Origin: Methanobacteriota archaeon
GTDB lineage: Archaea; Thermoplasmatota; Poseidoniia; Poseidoniales; Poseidoniaceae
DNA: 64,000 nucleotides
NCBI GenBank assembly: GCA_002710015.1
Contig: PAOW01000033.1
Span: 8,059-72,058, forward strand
Direction of reading: 5' to 3'
Shown here: in pieces, positions 18,771 through 29,851 of the stretch
How the letters are laid out: every line of letters begins with the position of its first letter
Position numbering within the stretch: position 1 is the stretch's first letter
The notes under the pieces: generated by a model
Database searches by the model: none
What the model was told of the DNA's origin: nothing
What the model saw: only the letters and a program-made list of their open reading frames with translations
Made by a program: the position numbers and the translations under genes

Positions 18771-21193
18771 ACCTCATGATTGACTAAGTGCAAAATTACC
18801 CTTCCTTCATCGTCCAATTCGAGCCATGAAAAAGAAACCCCCGAATCAGGTTGTAATGCTGAGATATTGACTGTCTGTCCCGCAGGGATAACAATGTCAT
18901 TAGATACGTTCCACTGCTTCCCATTGCCGTCAAATTCAATGTTTATTTCGACTTCACTCGACCCGGGGTTCTCAAGAATTAGGCTGCCGTTTTCTATCAT
19001 AACTGAGCCTATCCAGTGCTGTGTCCTTTCACCCAATGACTCGATTATCAGACTCGGCCCATCCCTAACAAGATATGTTATTGGCCTCTCGATTGACTCA
19101 CAATCTGTAATTGTTGAACCAGAAGGTACTAATAGACGGGTTTCGTTATCAGGATTATTTTTTGCTTGATAAACAATTGACATGTCCCACGTATGTTCGC
19201 CACTAATATTATCCCCGTTATACTCGACTTTATTTGTATCCAAGCAGTTTTCATCAGGATGATTGTAAGCTAAGACAGAATCACCAAACATCAACTCATC
19301 AGGGCCTAATATTACTCCTTCACTTGGTATAGAAAGGAAATGATCTTTTGAATATCCAGATTTGAAGGTATTATTGTAAATGGTAAACTGGTAATCTTCC
19401 AAATAACTCATGTCATCACCCGATAGTGCGATCAAACAAATTTCTGGATTCTTGATTTCAACAGATACGCTACCATTTTGATTTAGATTGTCCCAATATG
19501 TGTTGAGTGGTGATTCGGAGATATTGATGTATGAATCAATAGCTGTATTTAGTTCTAAACAGGCTTTTGGATCATCTAAATCTCCATTGAACTTCCAATC
19601 CCCTTTTGGATAAATATCGACATTGGGTTTCACTAAATTTTTCAATATTGCCTTTGAGTTTGTATCCACCTGCTCTACTTGCCATAATATATCAAATACT
19701 GATGGATTCCAGGGGGCTTCCCATTTGAAACTAAATTCTAATTCCAAATCTTGTTTGGGAGCGATTTCTCCATAGCATGAGTAATTGTCTAAGATCTTTC
19801 CAGTATTACAACTAATATTGCTATCAAGAGAAAAATCAGTTGCATGATAGTCTAGGAACTTGACTTTGTATGTCTGTTTAATTAGTGAAGGGTTACTTAC
19901 AACTATTGTTTGGTTAAACCAATCATCTTTTATTGAAAGTGTCTCATCTTCTAATTCCCATGTTATGCTGTCTCTCCAGTCCTCATCTTCGTAGAATGGA
20001 ATTTGGGCAGGTAACGCAGCTAAGAATGCGACAAATAGGATAACACCCAATCTGAAATGATCTTTTTCGGGTAATCCTTTGAAGTCATCTAAAACAACTG
20101 GTAATCTAGGATCACCTCCTCTCGAAATCAGCAGTGAACCACATAATGCAATGACTAGAACCCATATGCTCCATTGTGAAAATGCTCCATATAAGAATGC
20201 AAAGAGTAGAATTACTAACAACAACATTACCTGAGTAGATCCCGAACGTGCCTCGGGAATACCCATACGGGCAATTAGAACTCTACCTCCGGGGAATGTA
20301 GGTATTGGAAGTAGCGAAACCCATCCTACGAAGGTTAGCACCATCCCGACTCTCGTGAATGGATGAGCCCATGAAGTTTTGAGAATCAGTCCTAATTCGG
20401 ACTCCATACTTAATCCAATCAGTTGTATGATTAGCGGCAATTCCAGAACTAGAGGAGCTGCGTCAACAATAGCGTAGTCAGGTGTTAGGTAAATTCCAAA
20501 CAAGCAAAGGAATATTCCTGAAGTTATGATTACTAAAGGTGCTGATATTGCAGTATTTCCCAGAGTTGACCTATCAGGCCACAATCTAGCATCGCTCCTA
20601 GGGAGAGAAGCAAACCCAATTATTCCAAATGGCCACCATACTAAAGCGGGCCCAGGAATAGGGAATAAGTGCGGTAAGTGTACTCCTCTTTTCTTAGCCA
20701 CAAATTTCTGAATGAATGATGCTAAAATAAGTGTTGAAAATATTGGAACTGAATAACCTAAGAATGCATCAAAGGTTGCATTTTCAACAAACCAACCACC
20801 CTCTGGACGAGCAGATGATAACCATTTTTCACCTGCAAACATTGTAGTGAGAAGTGAAAACACCCACATTGCAATTACAAATCTCGGAGATGGCCATTGC
20901 ATTCTTGGATCTCGAATTAACTGAATAATCCAAGGATCGTCGGGATAAAGACGTGCATTATATCCAAGATTTTTCAAATGCGCATTTATCTCAATCAGGA
21001 CATCATGCATATTTTCATTCTCTCGCTCAGACACAACGAAAGTAGGGCTTCTACCGCCAACGTCCTCAATTACGTAGCAGTATCGGGACAAAATACGCTG
21101 CAATGTTTCCCGTTTTGTCCACGCTTCTTTGTGGACTTGGATTACATCTTCGCTAGACATGCGGTTACTCTCCCGATATTTATCTGGGTGCAA
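18767..21193 (-). CDS. Polytopic membrane protein with S2P/M50-like core but degenerate catalytic motifs, fused to a large N-glycosylation-rich extracytoplasmic domain
   Basis: 808 aa. The region FIQKFVAKKRGVHLPHLFPIPGP aligns with the S2P HExGHalvAkrlGv context, but HExxH is missing. LLPIPTFPGGRVL sits in place of the LDG motif. The C-terminal ~450 aa carry many NxS/T sequons. Confidence 0.45.
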   Translation of the reverse strand: MHPDKYRESNRMSSEDVIQVHKEAWTKRETLQRILSRYCYVIEDVGGRSPTFVVSERENENMHDVLIEINAHLKNLGYNARLYPDDPWIIQLIRDPRMQWPSPRFVIAMWVFSLLTTMFAGEKWLSSARPEGGWFVENATFDAFLGYSVPIFSTLILASFIQKFVAKKRGVHLPHLFPIPGPALVWWPFGIIGFASLPRSDARLWPDRSTLGNTAISAPLVIITSGIFLCLFGIYLTPDYAIVDAAPLVLELPLIIQLIGLSMESELGLILKTSWAHPFTRVGMVLTFVGWVSLLPIPTFPGGRVLIARMGIPEARSGSTQVMLLLVILLFAFLYGAFSQWSIWVLVIALCGSLLISRGGDPRLPVVLDDFKGLPEKDHFRLGVILFVAFLAALPAQIPFYEDEDWRDSITWELEDETLSIKDDWFNQTIVVSNPSLIKQTYKVKFLDYHATDFSLDSNISCNTGKILDNYSCYGEIAPKQDLELEFSFKWEAPWNPSVFDILWQVEQVDTNSKAILKNLVKPNVDIYPKGDWKFNGDLDDPKACLELNTAIDSYINISESPLNTYWDNLNQNGSVSVEIKNPEICLIALSGDDMSYLEDYQFTIYNNTFKSGYSKDHFLSIPSEGVILGPDELMFGDSVLAYNHPDENCLDTNKVEYNGDNISGEHTWDMSIVYQAKNNPDNETRLLVPSGSTITDCESIERPITYLVRDGPSLIIESLGERTQHWIGSVMIENGSLILENPGSSEVEINIEFDGNGKQWNVSNDIVIPAGQTVNISALQPDSGVSFSWLELDDEGRVILHLVNHEV

Positions 21194-21222
21194 CCCACCT
21201 CAATGAATGAATTGGTTGCATG

Positions 21223-21840
21223 TCACTTATTCTTGAATCGTTTAAGACGGAATGTTTCTTCCCTCTCCATTTCTTCAAGTCTTAACTGAATGAATACTCT
21301 TGCTTCTTCGAGTTCTGGTATTACCTTGAACTCCAGTGCGTTTACTCTTCTTTTTGTTGCCTCGATTTCAGACAATAAGCGTTTCAGGGTTGCCTCCATT
21401 TCAGCTGCTTTTACCATTTTCTCGATAAGGCTGCCAAAAGAATCCGCCGCTTCATCGATATATGGTGAAGACCCAGTAAATCCTATAGCTCTGTCGCCAA
21501 ATTCTTGCTTCAGGTTGGTGCCTGAAACCGATGGTACGACAACACCCATGATGTTTCTTCTTTCAACCTCGACTTCTGGAGAAGATGAGTTAGCTATCGC
21601 AGCAGATCTAACTTTCAACCCACCTTCGATAGCGTTGGCCAAATCTATTCGTGATTTTGCTAATACATATGATGCAGTCAGCTCTTTTTTGGCTTTTATC
21701 ATATCTGAAAGAAGTGTTCTGAACTCGTGGAATAGACCATCTCGCTTCATCTTTAGCAATTTATATCCATTTTTTGTCTGCTTTATTCTGCGTTTAAGAT
21801 TGATTAATTCGCTTCGGGTTGGTTTGATATCCAGAGCCAT
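21223..21840 (-). CDS. atpD: A/V-type ATP synthase subunit D
   Basis: 205 aa. N-terminus MALDIKPTRSELINLKRRIK... is typical of subunit D. It is the last gene of the ATPase operon. Confidence 0.85.
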   Translation of the reverse strand: MALDIKPTRSELINLKRRIKQTKNGYKLLKMKRDGLFHEFRTLLSDMIKAKKELTASYVLAKSRIDLANAIEGGLKVRSAAIANSSSPEVEVERRNIMGVVVPSVSGTNLKQEFGDRAIGFTGSSPYIDEAADSFGSLIEKMVKAAEMEATLKRLLSEIEATKRRVNALEFKVIPELEEARVFIQLRLEEMEREETFRLKRFKNK

Positions 21841-21869
21841 TTTAGTTCCCCCAAATCAATTACAGAATT

Positions 21870-23249
21870 TTAATCACGGTTGTCAGGATGATATTTCTCA
21901 ATCCATTTCTGATCCAAACGGACTAGATATTTGGTGTCAATCTCAGACATCAAGGTCCAACACAAATCCAGAGTCTCATCTATAGAACGATCTTCGTCTC
22001 GAGATTGCCTTAGGAATTTATCTTCAAATACTCCTGAGAAATCAAGCAGTTGCTTGTCACGCTCATTCAATGCATCTTCACCGACGATTGCTACAAGACC
22101 ACGCAGTTCTCTGCCTTGTGCGTATGCAGCATACATTTGGTCAGAGACAGATTTGTGATCTTCTCTAGTTGTATCTGCACCGATACATGAACCCATTAAT
22201 CGAGATAGAGATGGTAATACGTTAATTGGAGGGTATATACCCGCTTGATGCAATTCTCTTGAAATAACAATTTGTCCCTCTGTGATATATCCTGATAGAT
22301 CTGGGATTGGATGGGTTATATCGTCTCCCGGCATTGTTAGAATTGGGAATTGAGTAATACTTCCTTTCTTTCCTTTTACAATTCCTGCTCTTTCATAGAG
22401 CATAGCTAGATCGGTATACATGTATCCGGGATAACCACGACGTCCAGGAACTTCTTCTCTAGCTGCTCCAATCTGACGTAGCGCATCACAGTAGTTTGTC
22501 ATGTCTGTGTAAATGACAAGAACGTGGTAATCTTTCTCGAACGCAAGATACTCTGCAGCAGTCAGCGCAAGCCTTGGTGTAATAATTCGCTCAACAGCAG
22601 GATCGTCTGCAAGGTTTACGAATAATACAGCATTTTCAAGAGCACCTGTTCTCTCTAGGTCGCTTCTGAAGAAATTAAATTCTTCCGCAGTAATACCCAT
22701 TGCACAGAATACAACAATAAATTCCTCCTCAGAATCCTTCAGTCTTGCTTGCCTAGCGATTTGCAATGCGATGTCATTGTGTGGTAGACCTGATGCACTG
22801 AAGATAGGTAGCTTTTGTCCTCTAACTAGAGTAGTACAGCAGTCGATTGCACTAATTCCAGTTTGGATGAAATCGTGCGGACTTTGCCTTGAATACGGAT
22901 TGATAGCTGCACCGATGATATCTGCATTCTCTTCAGCCACAATATCCGGTCCACCATCACGTGGTCGTCCTGCACCATCCAGAATTCTTCCAATCAAGTC
23001 ATCAGATACTGGTAATTTGAAAACGTCTCCCATAAATTTGACACCAGTGTTTAGGTCAACTCCTGCTGTTCCTTCGAAAACCTGCACAACAACAAGTTCA
23101 TCTGAGGTATCAAGAACTTGTCCATTCTTGACTGAACCATCGTTCAATCTCAGTTGCACAATTTCTCCAAATGCTACAGGCTCAGTCTTGTTCAAAAAGA
23201 CCAGAGGTCCCTTTACATCAGTAATAGTTCGATATTCCTTTCCAGACAT
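21870..23249 (-). CDS. atpB: A/V-type ATP synthase subunit B
   Basis: 459 aa. Non-catalytic subunit pattern, with a B-specific N-terminus. Confidence 0.9.
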   Translation of the reverse strand: MSGKEYRTITDVKGPLVFLNKTEPVAFGEIVQLRLNDGSVKNGQVLDTSDELVVVQVFEGTAGVDLNTGVKFMGDVFKLPVSDDLIGRILDGAGRPRDGGPDIVAEENADIIGAAINPYSRQSPHDFIQTGISAIDCCTTLVRGQKLPIFSASGLPHNDIALQIARQARLKDSEEEFIVVFCAMGITAEEFNFFRSDLERTGALENAVLFVNLADDPAVERIITPRLALTAAEYLAFEKDYHVLVIYTDMTNYCDALRQIGAAREEVPGRRGYPGYMYTDLAMLYERAGIVKGKKGSITQFPILTMPGDDITHPIPDLSGYITEGQIVISRELHQAGIYPPINVLPSLSRLMGSCIGADTTREDHKSVSDQMYAAYAQGRELRGLVAIVGEDALNERDKQLLDFSGVFEDKFLRQSRDEDRSIDETLDLCWTLMSEIDTKYLVRLDQKWIEKYHPDNRD

Positions 23250-23260
23250 TTCTATTCCTC

Positions 23261-25039
23261 CTAATTCTCCTCAATCGCCCCTGCGATTTCATCATTCATC
23301 CTTTCAACCAATCCATCGATGTCATCTTTGTAGGTTGCCTCAAATCGGCCACGCATCAAATCAGTTCTAGCTGGAACGTTTACAACATCCTGAAGTTCTG
23401 CTCCTGCTGCCATTGCACTCTTTGCAGATTCTTGGAAGGTTAGAATGGCTTTTGCCATCTTGTAATGTAGGTCAACAGAACAGAATGCATCCACTTCGTG
23501 GAATCCATTTTGTTGAAGGAAATACTCACGAATCATACGTGCGACTTCCAAAGTCAACTGTTGGTCAACAGGCAGTGCATCAGAACCAACCAATTGGACA
23601 ATTTCTTGCAATTCTGCTTCTACCTGTAACAAACCACTAATTGCAGTTCTAATTTCAGGATAATCTTGTGCAATATTGTCACGGAACCACTGATCGAGAG
23701 ATGGTGGATATAGACTGTATGAACCAAGCCAGTTGATAGCAGGGAAATGCCTCTGTCTTGCTAGACCTGCATCTAATCCCCAGAATACCTTTACAATACG
23801 TAATGTTCCCTGAGAAACCGGCTCAGATATGTCACCACCTGGAGGTGATACAGCACCGATTACAGTTACTGAGCCGTCATCTCCGTTCAGTGTTTGAACA
23901 CGACCTGCTCGCTCATAGAATTCTGCAATTCTACTTGATAGGTAAGCAGGATAACCTTCCTCACCAGGCATTTCTTCAAGTCGTGAAGAAATTTCACGCA
24001 TTGCTTCTGCCCATCGACTGGTTGAATCCGCCATCAATGCTACATCATATCCCATGTCTCTGAAGTATTCCGCAATTGTAATTCCAGTGTATACAGATGC
24101 TTCACGAGCTGCTACTGGCATGTTGGATGTATTCGCAATCATGACTGTTCTGTTCATCAGGGGCTTTCCTGTGTTTGGATCAATAAGGTGGGGGAATTCG
24201 TCCAATACTTCTGTCATCTCGTTTCCTCGCTCACCACATCCGATGTAAACAACAATCTGAGCATCGGAATACTTTGCTAAAGATTGCTGTGTTACTGTCT
24301 TGCCTGATCCGAATGGACCTGGAATACCTGCTGCTCCACCCTTAGCTAGAGGGAACAAGAAATCAAGAATCCGCATTCCAGTGATTAGTGGTGTGTCCGG
24401 GGCATATTTCTGCTGGTATGGGCGAGGTGTTCTAACCGGCCACTTTTGCATCATCTGCATCGCAGTCCCGTCTTCTAAAACACAAACGTCCTCTGTTACG
24501 TTGAAGTCTCCAGTTGAAATTGATTTTACAACTCCACCCTTACCAGGGGGTACCATAATCTTGTGGACAATGGTCTCAGTTTCCTGGACAGTTCCAATGA
24601 CCTGTCCACTAACTACCTCGTCACCTTTTGCGACTGTTGCCTCAAATTTCCACTTCTTCTCCATGTCAAATCCATCTGCATCAACACCTCTTGTAATGAA
24701 TACACCCATAACTTCCTCTAAGGTTGCTAATGGTCGCTGAATACCATCATAAATTTGGGTCAGTAAACCTGGTCCTAGTGCGACTGATAAGGTCTCACGA
24801 GTGTTTAGGACTGGTTCGCCCGGGCGAATTCCGCTCGTATCTTCGTATACCTGAATTACAGCCTTATCGCCGTGTAGTTCGATAACCTCTCCCATCAGAC
24901 CTTCATGTCCTACACGAACCACATCATACATTCCCGCTTCCATTCCAGTAGCTGTTACAACAGGCCCTGATATTCGGTAAATTACTCCTTCATTGCTCAT
25001 TTCCTCTTCCTCCTTGGGTTTGGTTGGAATCACTTCCAC
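23261..25039 (-). CDS. atpA: A/V-type ATP synthase catalytic subunit A
   Basis: 592 aa. P-loop [12 protein letters not shown] and [11 protein letters not shown]. The non-homologous region typical of A-subunits is present. Confidence 0.9.
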   Translation of the reverse strand: MEVIPTKPKEEEEMSNEGVIYRISGPVVTATGMEAGMYDVVRVGHEGLMGEVIELHGDKAVIQVYEDTSGIRPGEPVLNTRETLSVALGPGLLTQIYDGIQRPLATLEEVMGVFITRGVDADGFDMEKKWKFEATVAKGDEVVSGQVIGTVQETETIVHKIMVPPGKGGVVKSISTGDFNVTEDVCVLEDGTAMQMMQKWPVRTPRPYQQKYAPDTPLITGMRILDFLFPLAKGGAAGIPGPFGSGKTVTQQSLAKYSDAQIVVYIGCGERGNEMTEVLDEFPHLIDPNTGKPLMNRTVMIANTSNMPVAAREASVYTGITIAEYFRDMGYDVALMADSTSRWAEAMREISSRLEEMPGEEGYPAYLSSRIAEFYERAGRVQTLNGDDGSVTVIGAVSPPGGDISEPVSQGTLRIVKVFWGLDAGLARQRHFPAINWLGSYSLYPPSLDQWFRDNIAQDYPEIRTAISGLLQVEAELQEIVQLVGSDALPVDQQLTLEVARMIREYFLQQNGFHEVDAFCSVDLHYKMAKAILTFQESAKSAMAAGAELQDVVNVPARTDLMRGRFEATYKDDIDGLVERMNDEIAGAIEEN

Positions 25040-25329
25040 AAATCAACTCCTATTGCCTTGCGAATTGTTTCGCGAAGGGTTGTATCCTCCTCAGTCCCTA
25101 TACCAAGGACTGTCGGAGTGACACTTTCTGATAGTCTCTCTTTGAGACGCTCAGGTAAGGAAGCCAGCATTGCGGAGTCGACGACCACAATGCCCACGCC
25201 CTTTGTTGTAAGTAAATCCCTGAATACCTTTGAGGTGTCTTCCTCTCCTTCAGGGTTGTATAGAGTGCTGATTCCTGCCAATTGGAATCCTAGAGTGAAT
25301 TCCGGACTGCCTACAACTGCAATTTCCAT
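25030..25329 (-). CDS. atpF: A/V-type ATP synthase subunit F
   Basis: 99 aa. [20 protein letters not shown] start typical of subunit F; operon position. Confidence 0.75.
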   Translation of the reverse strand: MEIAVVGSPEFTLGFQLAGISTLYNPEGEEDTSKVFRDLLTTKGVGIVVVDSAMLASLPERLKERLSESVTPTVLGIGTEEDTTLRETIRKAIGVDLWK

Positions 25330-25338
25330 AATATCACC

Positions 25339-26400
25339 CTACAATACGTGTGCCTCCAGCACATCTGTTGTTAATCCTGCCATTTTCCCTCTTACAATGA
25401 AGCGTAAATCTTCAACTTCTTGAACTTTTGATGATACATAATGTATAATCGGTAAGGCTGATATTGGATGGAGGTAACTCATCCGCTGCATTTGAGTTGT
25501 TTCTCGGTTTTTTAACCAAGTAATGGCTGGATCTAATGTTCTTTTTTCATCGGATTCAATCAGTAGGTTTTGGAAACCTTCAGAGTCAAATTTACTAGAT
25601 AACCTAAGCACATCTAACAAACCATCCCTGCTGTTACTAGCTTGGGAAAAACTCCTTTCTGATATGAGACGCCCACCTGGAATGAGCGCATCTGTGATTT
25701 CCTCGCTGGACAGGCCAAACGCTTGTCCCTCGAGTATGTTGATAATATTGCGATGGTCAATTTCTGCACATACATGGTTTTTCAGAATGCGTATTTCAGG
25801 AGATCCCCCTTTTAGCATACTTAGCGACCGCTTGAAGTAATGCCTATCAAGGGCATCTTCGTATTTCTGCAATCCTTCTTCTTCACCCACTGCGAGCATG
25901 GCTTTCCCGAAAGGAAGTCTGCGCATTTGCTCAACAGCTTCGCGTATTGTGTTCGATTCTTCAATAATCTTTAGCCAAGGAGTGTTGATTTCACTCTCCT
26001 CGGGCAAAATGGAATGCGCGACTTTCTTGACATCTACTTCGTTGTCAACCGCACGTAATACTACCTTTGCATTCTGATATTGGAATCTGTTAGTGTAGAT
26101 TTCTACAATTCCTCTAACCTTCCCATTACACAGATTTAGAATATTGGACAATTCTTCTTGCAGATTGTGTGTCAATGCTGCCTCTACTAAATCTCCACCA
26201 GTGAAATGACCTGCATACAAGTCAATTTCAGCTCTGTAACCATTGTCTGCGACTGCGACCGTTAGTTGGTCAGGAGATTGTTGGATTAACTGACGTAACC
26301 TTGTTCTATCCATTAGACTGGATCTGCGTGACTTCGCACGAGCGGCTACATATGCAGTATTATTCCCGAAGATTGCCATATAATCGACTCCTTTTATCAT
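25339..26400 (-). CDS. atpC: A/V-type ATP synthase subunit C
   Basis: 353 aa. Assigned on size and position between E and F, plus N-terminal similarity to AtpC. Confidence 0.75.
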   Translation of the reverse strand: MIKGVDYMAIFGNNTAYVAARAKSRRSSLMDRTRLRQLIQQSPDQLTVAVADNGYRAEIDLYAGHFTGGDLVEAALTHNLQEELSNILNLCNGKVRGIVEIYTNRFQYQNAKVVLRAVDNEVDVKKVAHSILPEESEINTPWLKIIEESNTIREAVEQMRRLPFGKAMLAVGEEEGLQKYEDALDRHYFKRSLSMLKGGSPEIRILKNHVCAEIDHRNIINILEGQAFGLSSEEITDALIPGGRLISERSFSQASNSRDGLLDVLRLSSKFDSEGFQNLLIESDEKRTLDPAITWLKNRETTQMQRMSYLHPISALPIIHYVSSKVQEVEDLRFIVRGKMAGLTTDVLEAHVL

Positions 26401-26960
26401 CCAAATAGGGCCTCATTAACCGCTGCTCTCTGCTCCACCCAAGCCTCTTCCAACAATGTGTCGAATCTCAGGTCAAACGAGAGTGTTCCATCTTCGGCTT
26501 CAAGGATGAAGCCTCCCAATCCATCAACATCGTCTCCCATCGTGTAACTCTTTGCGGAGTCTGCTAGGGCAGACCTGTCGATTTTAGTTGGTCGCATTAC
26601 CATTTTCGCTTTGCTAAGTGCTCCTGCTTTCTTTACAAGGCTCTTCAATAGGCTAGCACGGCCGGCAAGGCTTGCGTCTCCTAATTGAGCTCGTGCACTT
26701 TCTAGAGTTGCGTCTAGTTCAGCACGGCGAGCGACAAGGATTTCTTTTTGATTGGCTTGGCGAGCAGATGCGACCATTTCTCTTGCAATTTGGTCTGCTT
26801 CCTTGCTCGCCTTTGTCGAAGCGTCTCCTTCAATGGATGCCGCACGACTTTTTGCCTCATCAACAATGGCTTTGGCTTCATCTTTGGCCGCCTTTATGGT
26901 AGCCTTAGCTTCCGCTTCTGCTGAAGCGGAAATATCCTTTGCGAGTTGTTCTAGCGTCAT
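26397..26960 (-). CDS. atpE: A/V-type ATP synthase subunit E
   Basis: 187 aa. Ala/Lys/Glu-rich N-terminal helix (AEAEAKATIKAAKDEAKAI) plus a globular C-terminus. Confidence 0.75.
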   Translation of the reverse strand: MTLEQLAKDISASAEAEAKATIKAAKDEAKAIVDEAKSRAASIEGDASTKASKEADQIAREMVASARQANQKEILVARRAELDATLESARAQLGDASLAGRASLLKSLVKKAGALSKAKMVMRPTKIDRSALADSAKSYTMGDDVDGLGGFILEAEDGTLSFDLRFDTLLEEAWVEQRAAVNEALFG

Positions 26961-27014
26961 TTATTCACCTCCGGCTCCACACCGAGATTTAATCTCGGGG
27001 GCAGCCTTGACTGC

Positions 27015-27347
27015 TCATAGGAACAGTGGTAGTGCACCTAGAATAACGATAGATTCTGGCAAAGCTGTGAAAATTAGAGCAGGTCCGAACTTGGATCCGT
27101 CCTCAGCAAGCATACCGACAGCAGCGCTACCGATGCTAGCTTGTGATACTCCAGCACCAATTGCTGCTAGACCCAATGCTATTCCTGCGCCCATATACTT
27201 ACCCCAGTCATCATATTCACCAGCGTCAGTGGTGTTAACCGCAAGGACGCTTTGTGCAATCATTGTGATGCTCATGAGAACAAGTAATAGTCTCAGGCTC
27301 AATTTCATACTTTTTTTCTTCATATTTTTACCTCCATTTTTGTCCAT
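27015..27347 (-). CDS. atpK: A/V-type ATP synthase proteolipid subunit K (single-hairpin c-subunit) with N-terminal extension
   Basis: 110 aa. Gly/Ala-rich helix 1 (GAGIALGLAAIGAGVSQASIGSAAVG) and helix 2 with a conserved carboxylate (ALPESIVILGAL). An N-terminal ~35-aa basic/hydrophobic extension precedes them. Confidence 0.75.
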   Translation of the reverse strand: MDKNGGKNMKKKSMKLSLRLLLVLMSITMIAQSVLAVNTTDAGEYDDWGKYMGAGIALGLAAIGAGVSQASIGSAAVGMLAEDGSKFGPALIFTALPESIVILGALPLFL

Positions 27348-27352
27348 TTGGA

Positions 27353-29398
27353 CTATGATTTGTGACCCTCCACATGAAGGGGACGGCCGCCAATTGGTGA
27401 GAATGCTTCACCAGAGCCATCGTAGAACTTCCCCATCCACTCTACGAAATGTAGACGGATAGCGTGAATGCTTGGGGACAATAGACCGAGCGCAAGTGCG
27501 AATACTTGAACACCAATCCATATGAAAAAGAACAAAACTGCTGAGATTATCTCTCCCGAAGAAATCGCATCGGCCATGCTGTGGAATCCCATCTCATTGC
27601 CGATTTCTGCAATTTTTACACCCGCAACACCTACTGCCATAATACGCAGATAAGATAGCGTGTTTGCAAGAAGGCCAAATGTTTCAATTGGGCCCATTAT
27701 TATGCCACCCAGCCAGCCGAAATTTTCGTAGACAGCTAGCCCATATATCAAACACAATACGCCAACAATGACCATTATAGACCAAGATGATGCTTCAAAT
27801 GTTCCATAGGAGTCGTCAGTTAGGAAGCGTAGAATGTGTGCTGAGCCACCGATTAGGATAAGCAACCAGGAGCCTTTTTCGAAGAAAGCAGCAACAATTC
27901 CGTGTGCTTTGAATACGTTGTAGAATCCAATTAAGAAGCCAAATAGAAGATGTGCACATCCAAGATAGATAGATAGTAGGATGTAATCCTGCAGTGCTCC
28001 AGCTGCTCTGTGGAATGGTAAATATGTGTGAGTAAGTCCAAATAATTCACCGAAAATGGAGTCTGGTATGATGTATTTCGTAGAGGAATACATCGGCTCA
28101 TACAACCAGACAAACGCATCCCATTTTTCTATGACGAAACCAAATGCCTCTGCTGTCAAGACGCCAACAATGAATGTTGCAATTCCCATATTCATTAGAA
28201 TCCTTGATGCCACTTTACCCATAGGATCGTGGCCAATCTTAGACCTGATTAACAATGCCAATAGCATGATTACAAGCCCGTAACCAGCATCTCCCAGAAT
28301 CAAACCGTAGAAAATTGGGAAGGTGAAAGCAATCATACTGGTTGGATCAAACGAACCATATTTTGGCCTACCAACTAGGTTTGTCAATACAGATGCATGT
28401 CGAGTTGCCTCGATGGTATCATACTCTATTGGAGGCATTTCTGTTTCATGGTGACCATGATCATCATGCCCATGTCCGTGGTCTTCTGTGAATTCTTCTA
28501 TCTTAATGTGTGAGGAGTATTTGGATAATACACTTCTTGCAGAATCTGACTCAGAGGATGGTAGCCAAGCTTCAAGAGCGTAAGCGTGCGCACTGGTTGC
28601 ACAGAGATTGTGGCCAGTCAGGATGTCTGACTCTCTTTCGAGATACTCCTCAATAGCAAGTAGAATCCTTCCATTCTTGTTTGCCCAAGATTCTATTTCG
28701 TTGTCGAAATTGACAATAGAATTTTCATGTTTTTCTAAGCTCTTTTGTGCAGATGATAATAGATCGCTAGGTTTTCCCTCACCAGTTGGTATCTGAACAG
28801 ACTTGGCCCCAAGTTCTCCCATAGCCATCTGGACTTCAGCAGCATCCTTGCCTTGACAAGCAACTGCAATTACGTTCCCAGCAACATGAAGTTCCACTCT
28901 ATCTTTCAAATCTGCAAAAACTTTTGGGATTTTGTTTCTTTTGCTGAAAGTACCTAAGTAAACCTCGACTGATTTTACTCCAGTCATTAGTTCCAAAGGT
29001 ATGTTAAGAGAACTTATAGAGGAAAGAATTTCAATCCTCTCCTGCATTTTTGCGATTTCTGAATTTGCGTTTGCCTTTTGCGTAATATTATTTAGGACAG
29101 AATCTAATTCTTCTGAGAAATTGTCATCTAATGATTTTTTCACATCCTTTATGTTGACAGGTCCTTTCCTGTTCGAGCATTTAATTGAGGTTGTTACCGA
29201 CCTAACCTTTGCAAGCATTGCAGAAATTTCATCAGCGTCGGGATGTGGTGTCCCCACAGTGATACCTTCAACCTCGCCAGAATATGGTTTAATGTGTATG
29301 TGGCCTAAATCAGCACACTTTCTGAGTAATTCGTCCAGTTTGTCAACCGACCCGGCCATTGTCAATTTTGACATTTCTACCGAACTGAACATAATCAC
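27353..29398 (-). CDS. atpI: A/V-type ATP synthase subunit I (a-subunit)
   Basis: 681 aa. Soluble N-terminal half plus a C-terminal polytopic domain. Sits at the operon position upstream of K. Confidence 0.85.
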   Translation of the reverse strand: MIMFSSVEMSKLTMAGSVDKLDELLRKCADLGHIHIKPYSGEVEGITVGTPHPDADEISAMLAKVRSVTTSIKCSNRKGPVNIKDVKKSLDDNFSEELDSVLNNITQKANANSEIAKMQERIEILSSISSLNIPLELMTGVKSVEVYLGTFSKRNKIPKVFADLKDRVELHVAGNVIAVACQGKDAAEVQMAMGELGAKSVQIPTGEGKPSDLLSSAQKSLEKHENSIVNFDNEIESWANKNGRILLAIEEYLERESDILTGHNLCATSAHAYALEAWLPSSESDSARSVLSKYSSHIKIEEFTEDHGHGHDDHGHHETEMPPIEYDTIEATRHASVLTNLVGRPKYGSFDPTSMIAFTFPIFYGLILGDAGYGLVIMLLALLIRSKIGHDPMGKVASRILMNMGIATFIVGVLTAEAFGFVIEKWDAFVWLYEPMYSSTKYIIPDSIFGELFGLTHTYLPFHRAAGALQDYILLSIYLGCAHLLFGFLIGFYNVFKAHGIVAAFFEKGSWLLILIGGSAHILRFLTDDSYGTFEASSWSIMVIVGVLCLIYGLAVYENFGWLGGIIMGPIETFGLLANTLSYLRIMAVGVAGVKIAEIGNEMGFHSMADAISSGEIISAVLFFFIWIGVQVFALALGLLSPSIHAIRLHFVEWMGKFYDGSGEAFSPIGGRPLHVEGHKS

Positions 29399-29401
29399 AC
29401 C

Positions 29402-29719
29402 TCAGTTTGACATTAGAGAATCTATTACAATCTTAACAGCAGATTTTCGTCGATCACCAGCGGAACTCTGAATGCTTTCTACTGCCTTGGCACCTTCTTT
29501 GTGAACCGTGCCCGCTTCTTTGCCAGCTTTTTCACGAGCGGAATCTAGGGTAGCGACTGTCGAACTCACCGAACCGTCTTGAGCGTTCTGAATAATCTCG
29601 AGTGCTTCTTTCCTAGCATCTGAAATAATTTTTGCTGCTTCTTCCTTGGACGCCGTAATTTTGGCGTCAGCGGCTTCCTCAGCGTTTTTTATGCTTTGAA
29701 GGACGTCTGGTAGACCCAT
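29402..29719 (-). CDS. atpH: A/V-type ATP synthase subunit H
   Basis: ORF runs to 29767; likely start MGLPDVLQSIKNAEEAADAKI. Small Ala/Glu/Lys-rich helical protein. It is the first gene of the operon. Confidence 0.6.
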   Translation of the reverse strand: MGLPDVLQSIKNAEEAADAKITASKEEAAKIISDARKEALEIIQNAQDGSVSSTVATLDSAREKAGKEAGTVHKEGAKAVESIQSSAGDRRKSAVKIVIDSLMSN

Positions 29720-29851
29720 TTGTTCACCCCTAGGTAAACCTCCGAAATGCAACCGGTTGATAACCAATGTGGTCTAGAAAAATTGCATGAATTTTCTGTT
29801 GTATTCTCAATAGCACCAAATTCTCAAAACCAAAATCCCAGAGGGCTTGTT

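Noticed and set aside
21290-21985. 231-aa plus-strand ORF overlapping atpD and the atpB start
   Set aside because: It is antisense to two well-supported ATPase genes, and its Ser/Ile-rich translation has no motifs. Shadow ORF.
26752-27462. 236-aa plus-strand ORF across atpE/atpK
   Set aside because: Antisense to the ATPase E and K genes; an Ala/Ser-rich mirror of the Ala/Glu/Lys-rich E subunit.
29747-29851. N-terminal 35 codons of the ubiE ORF overlapping atpH
   Set aside because: It would overlap the divergent atpH coding region. The internal Met (MSDRSATQGF) gives a protein of normal UbiE length.
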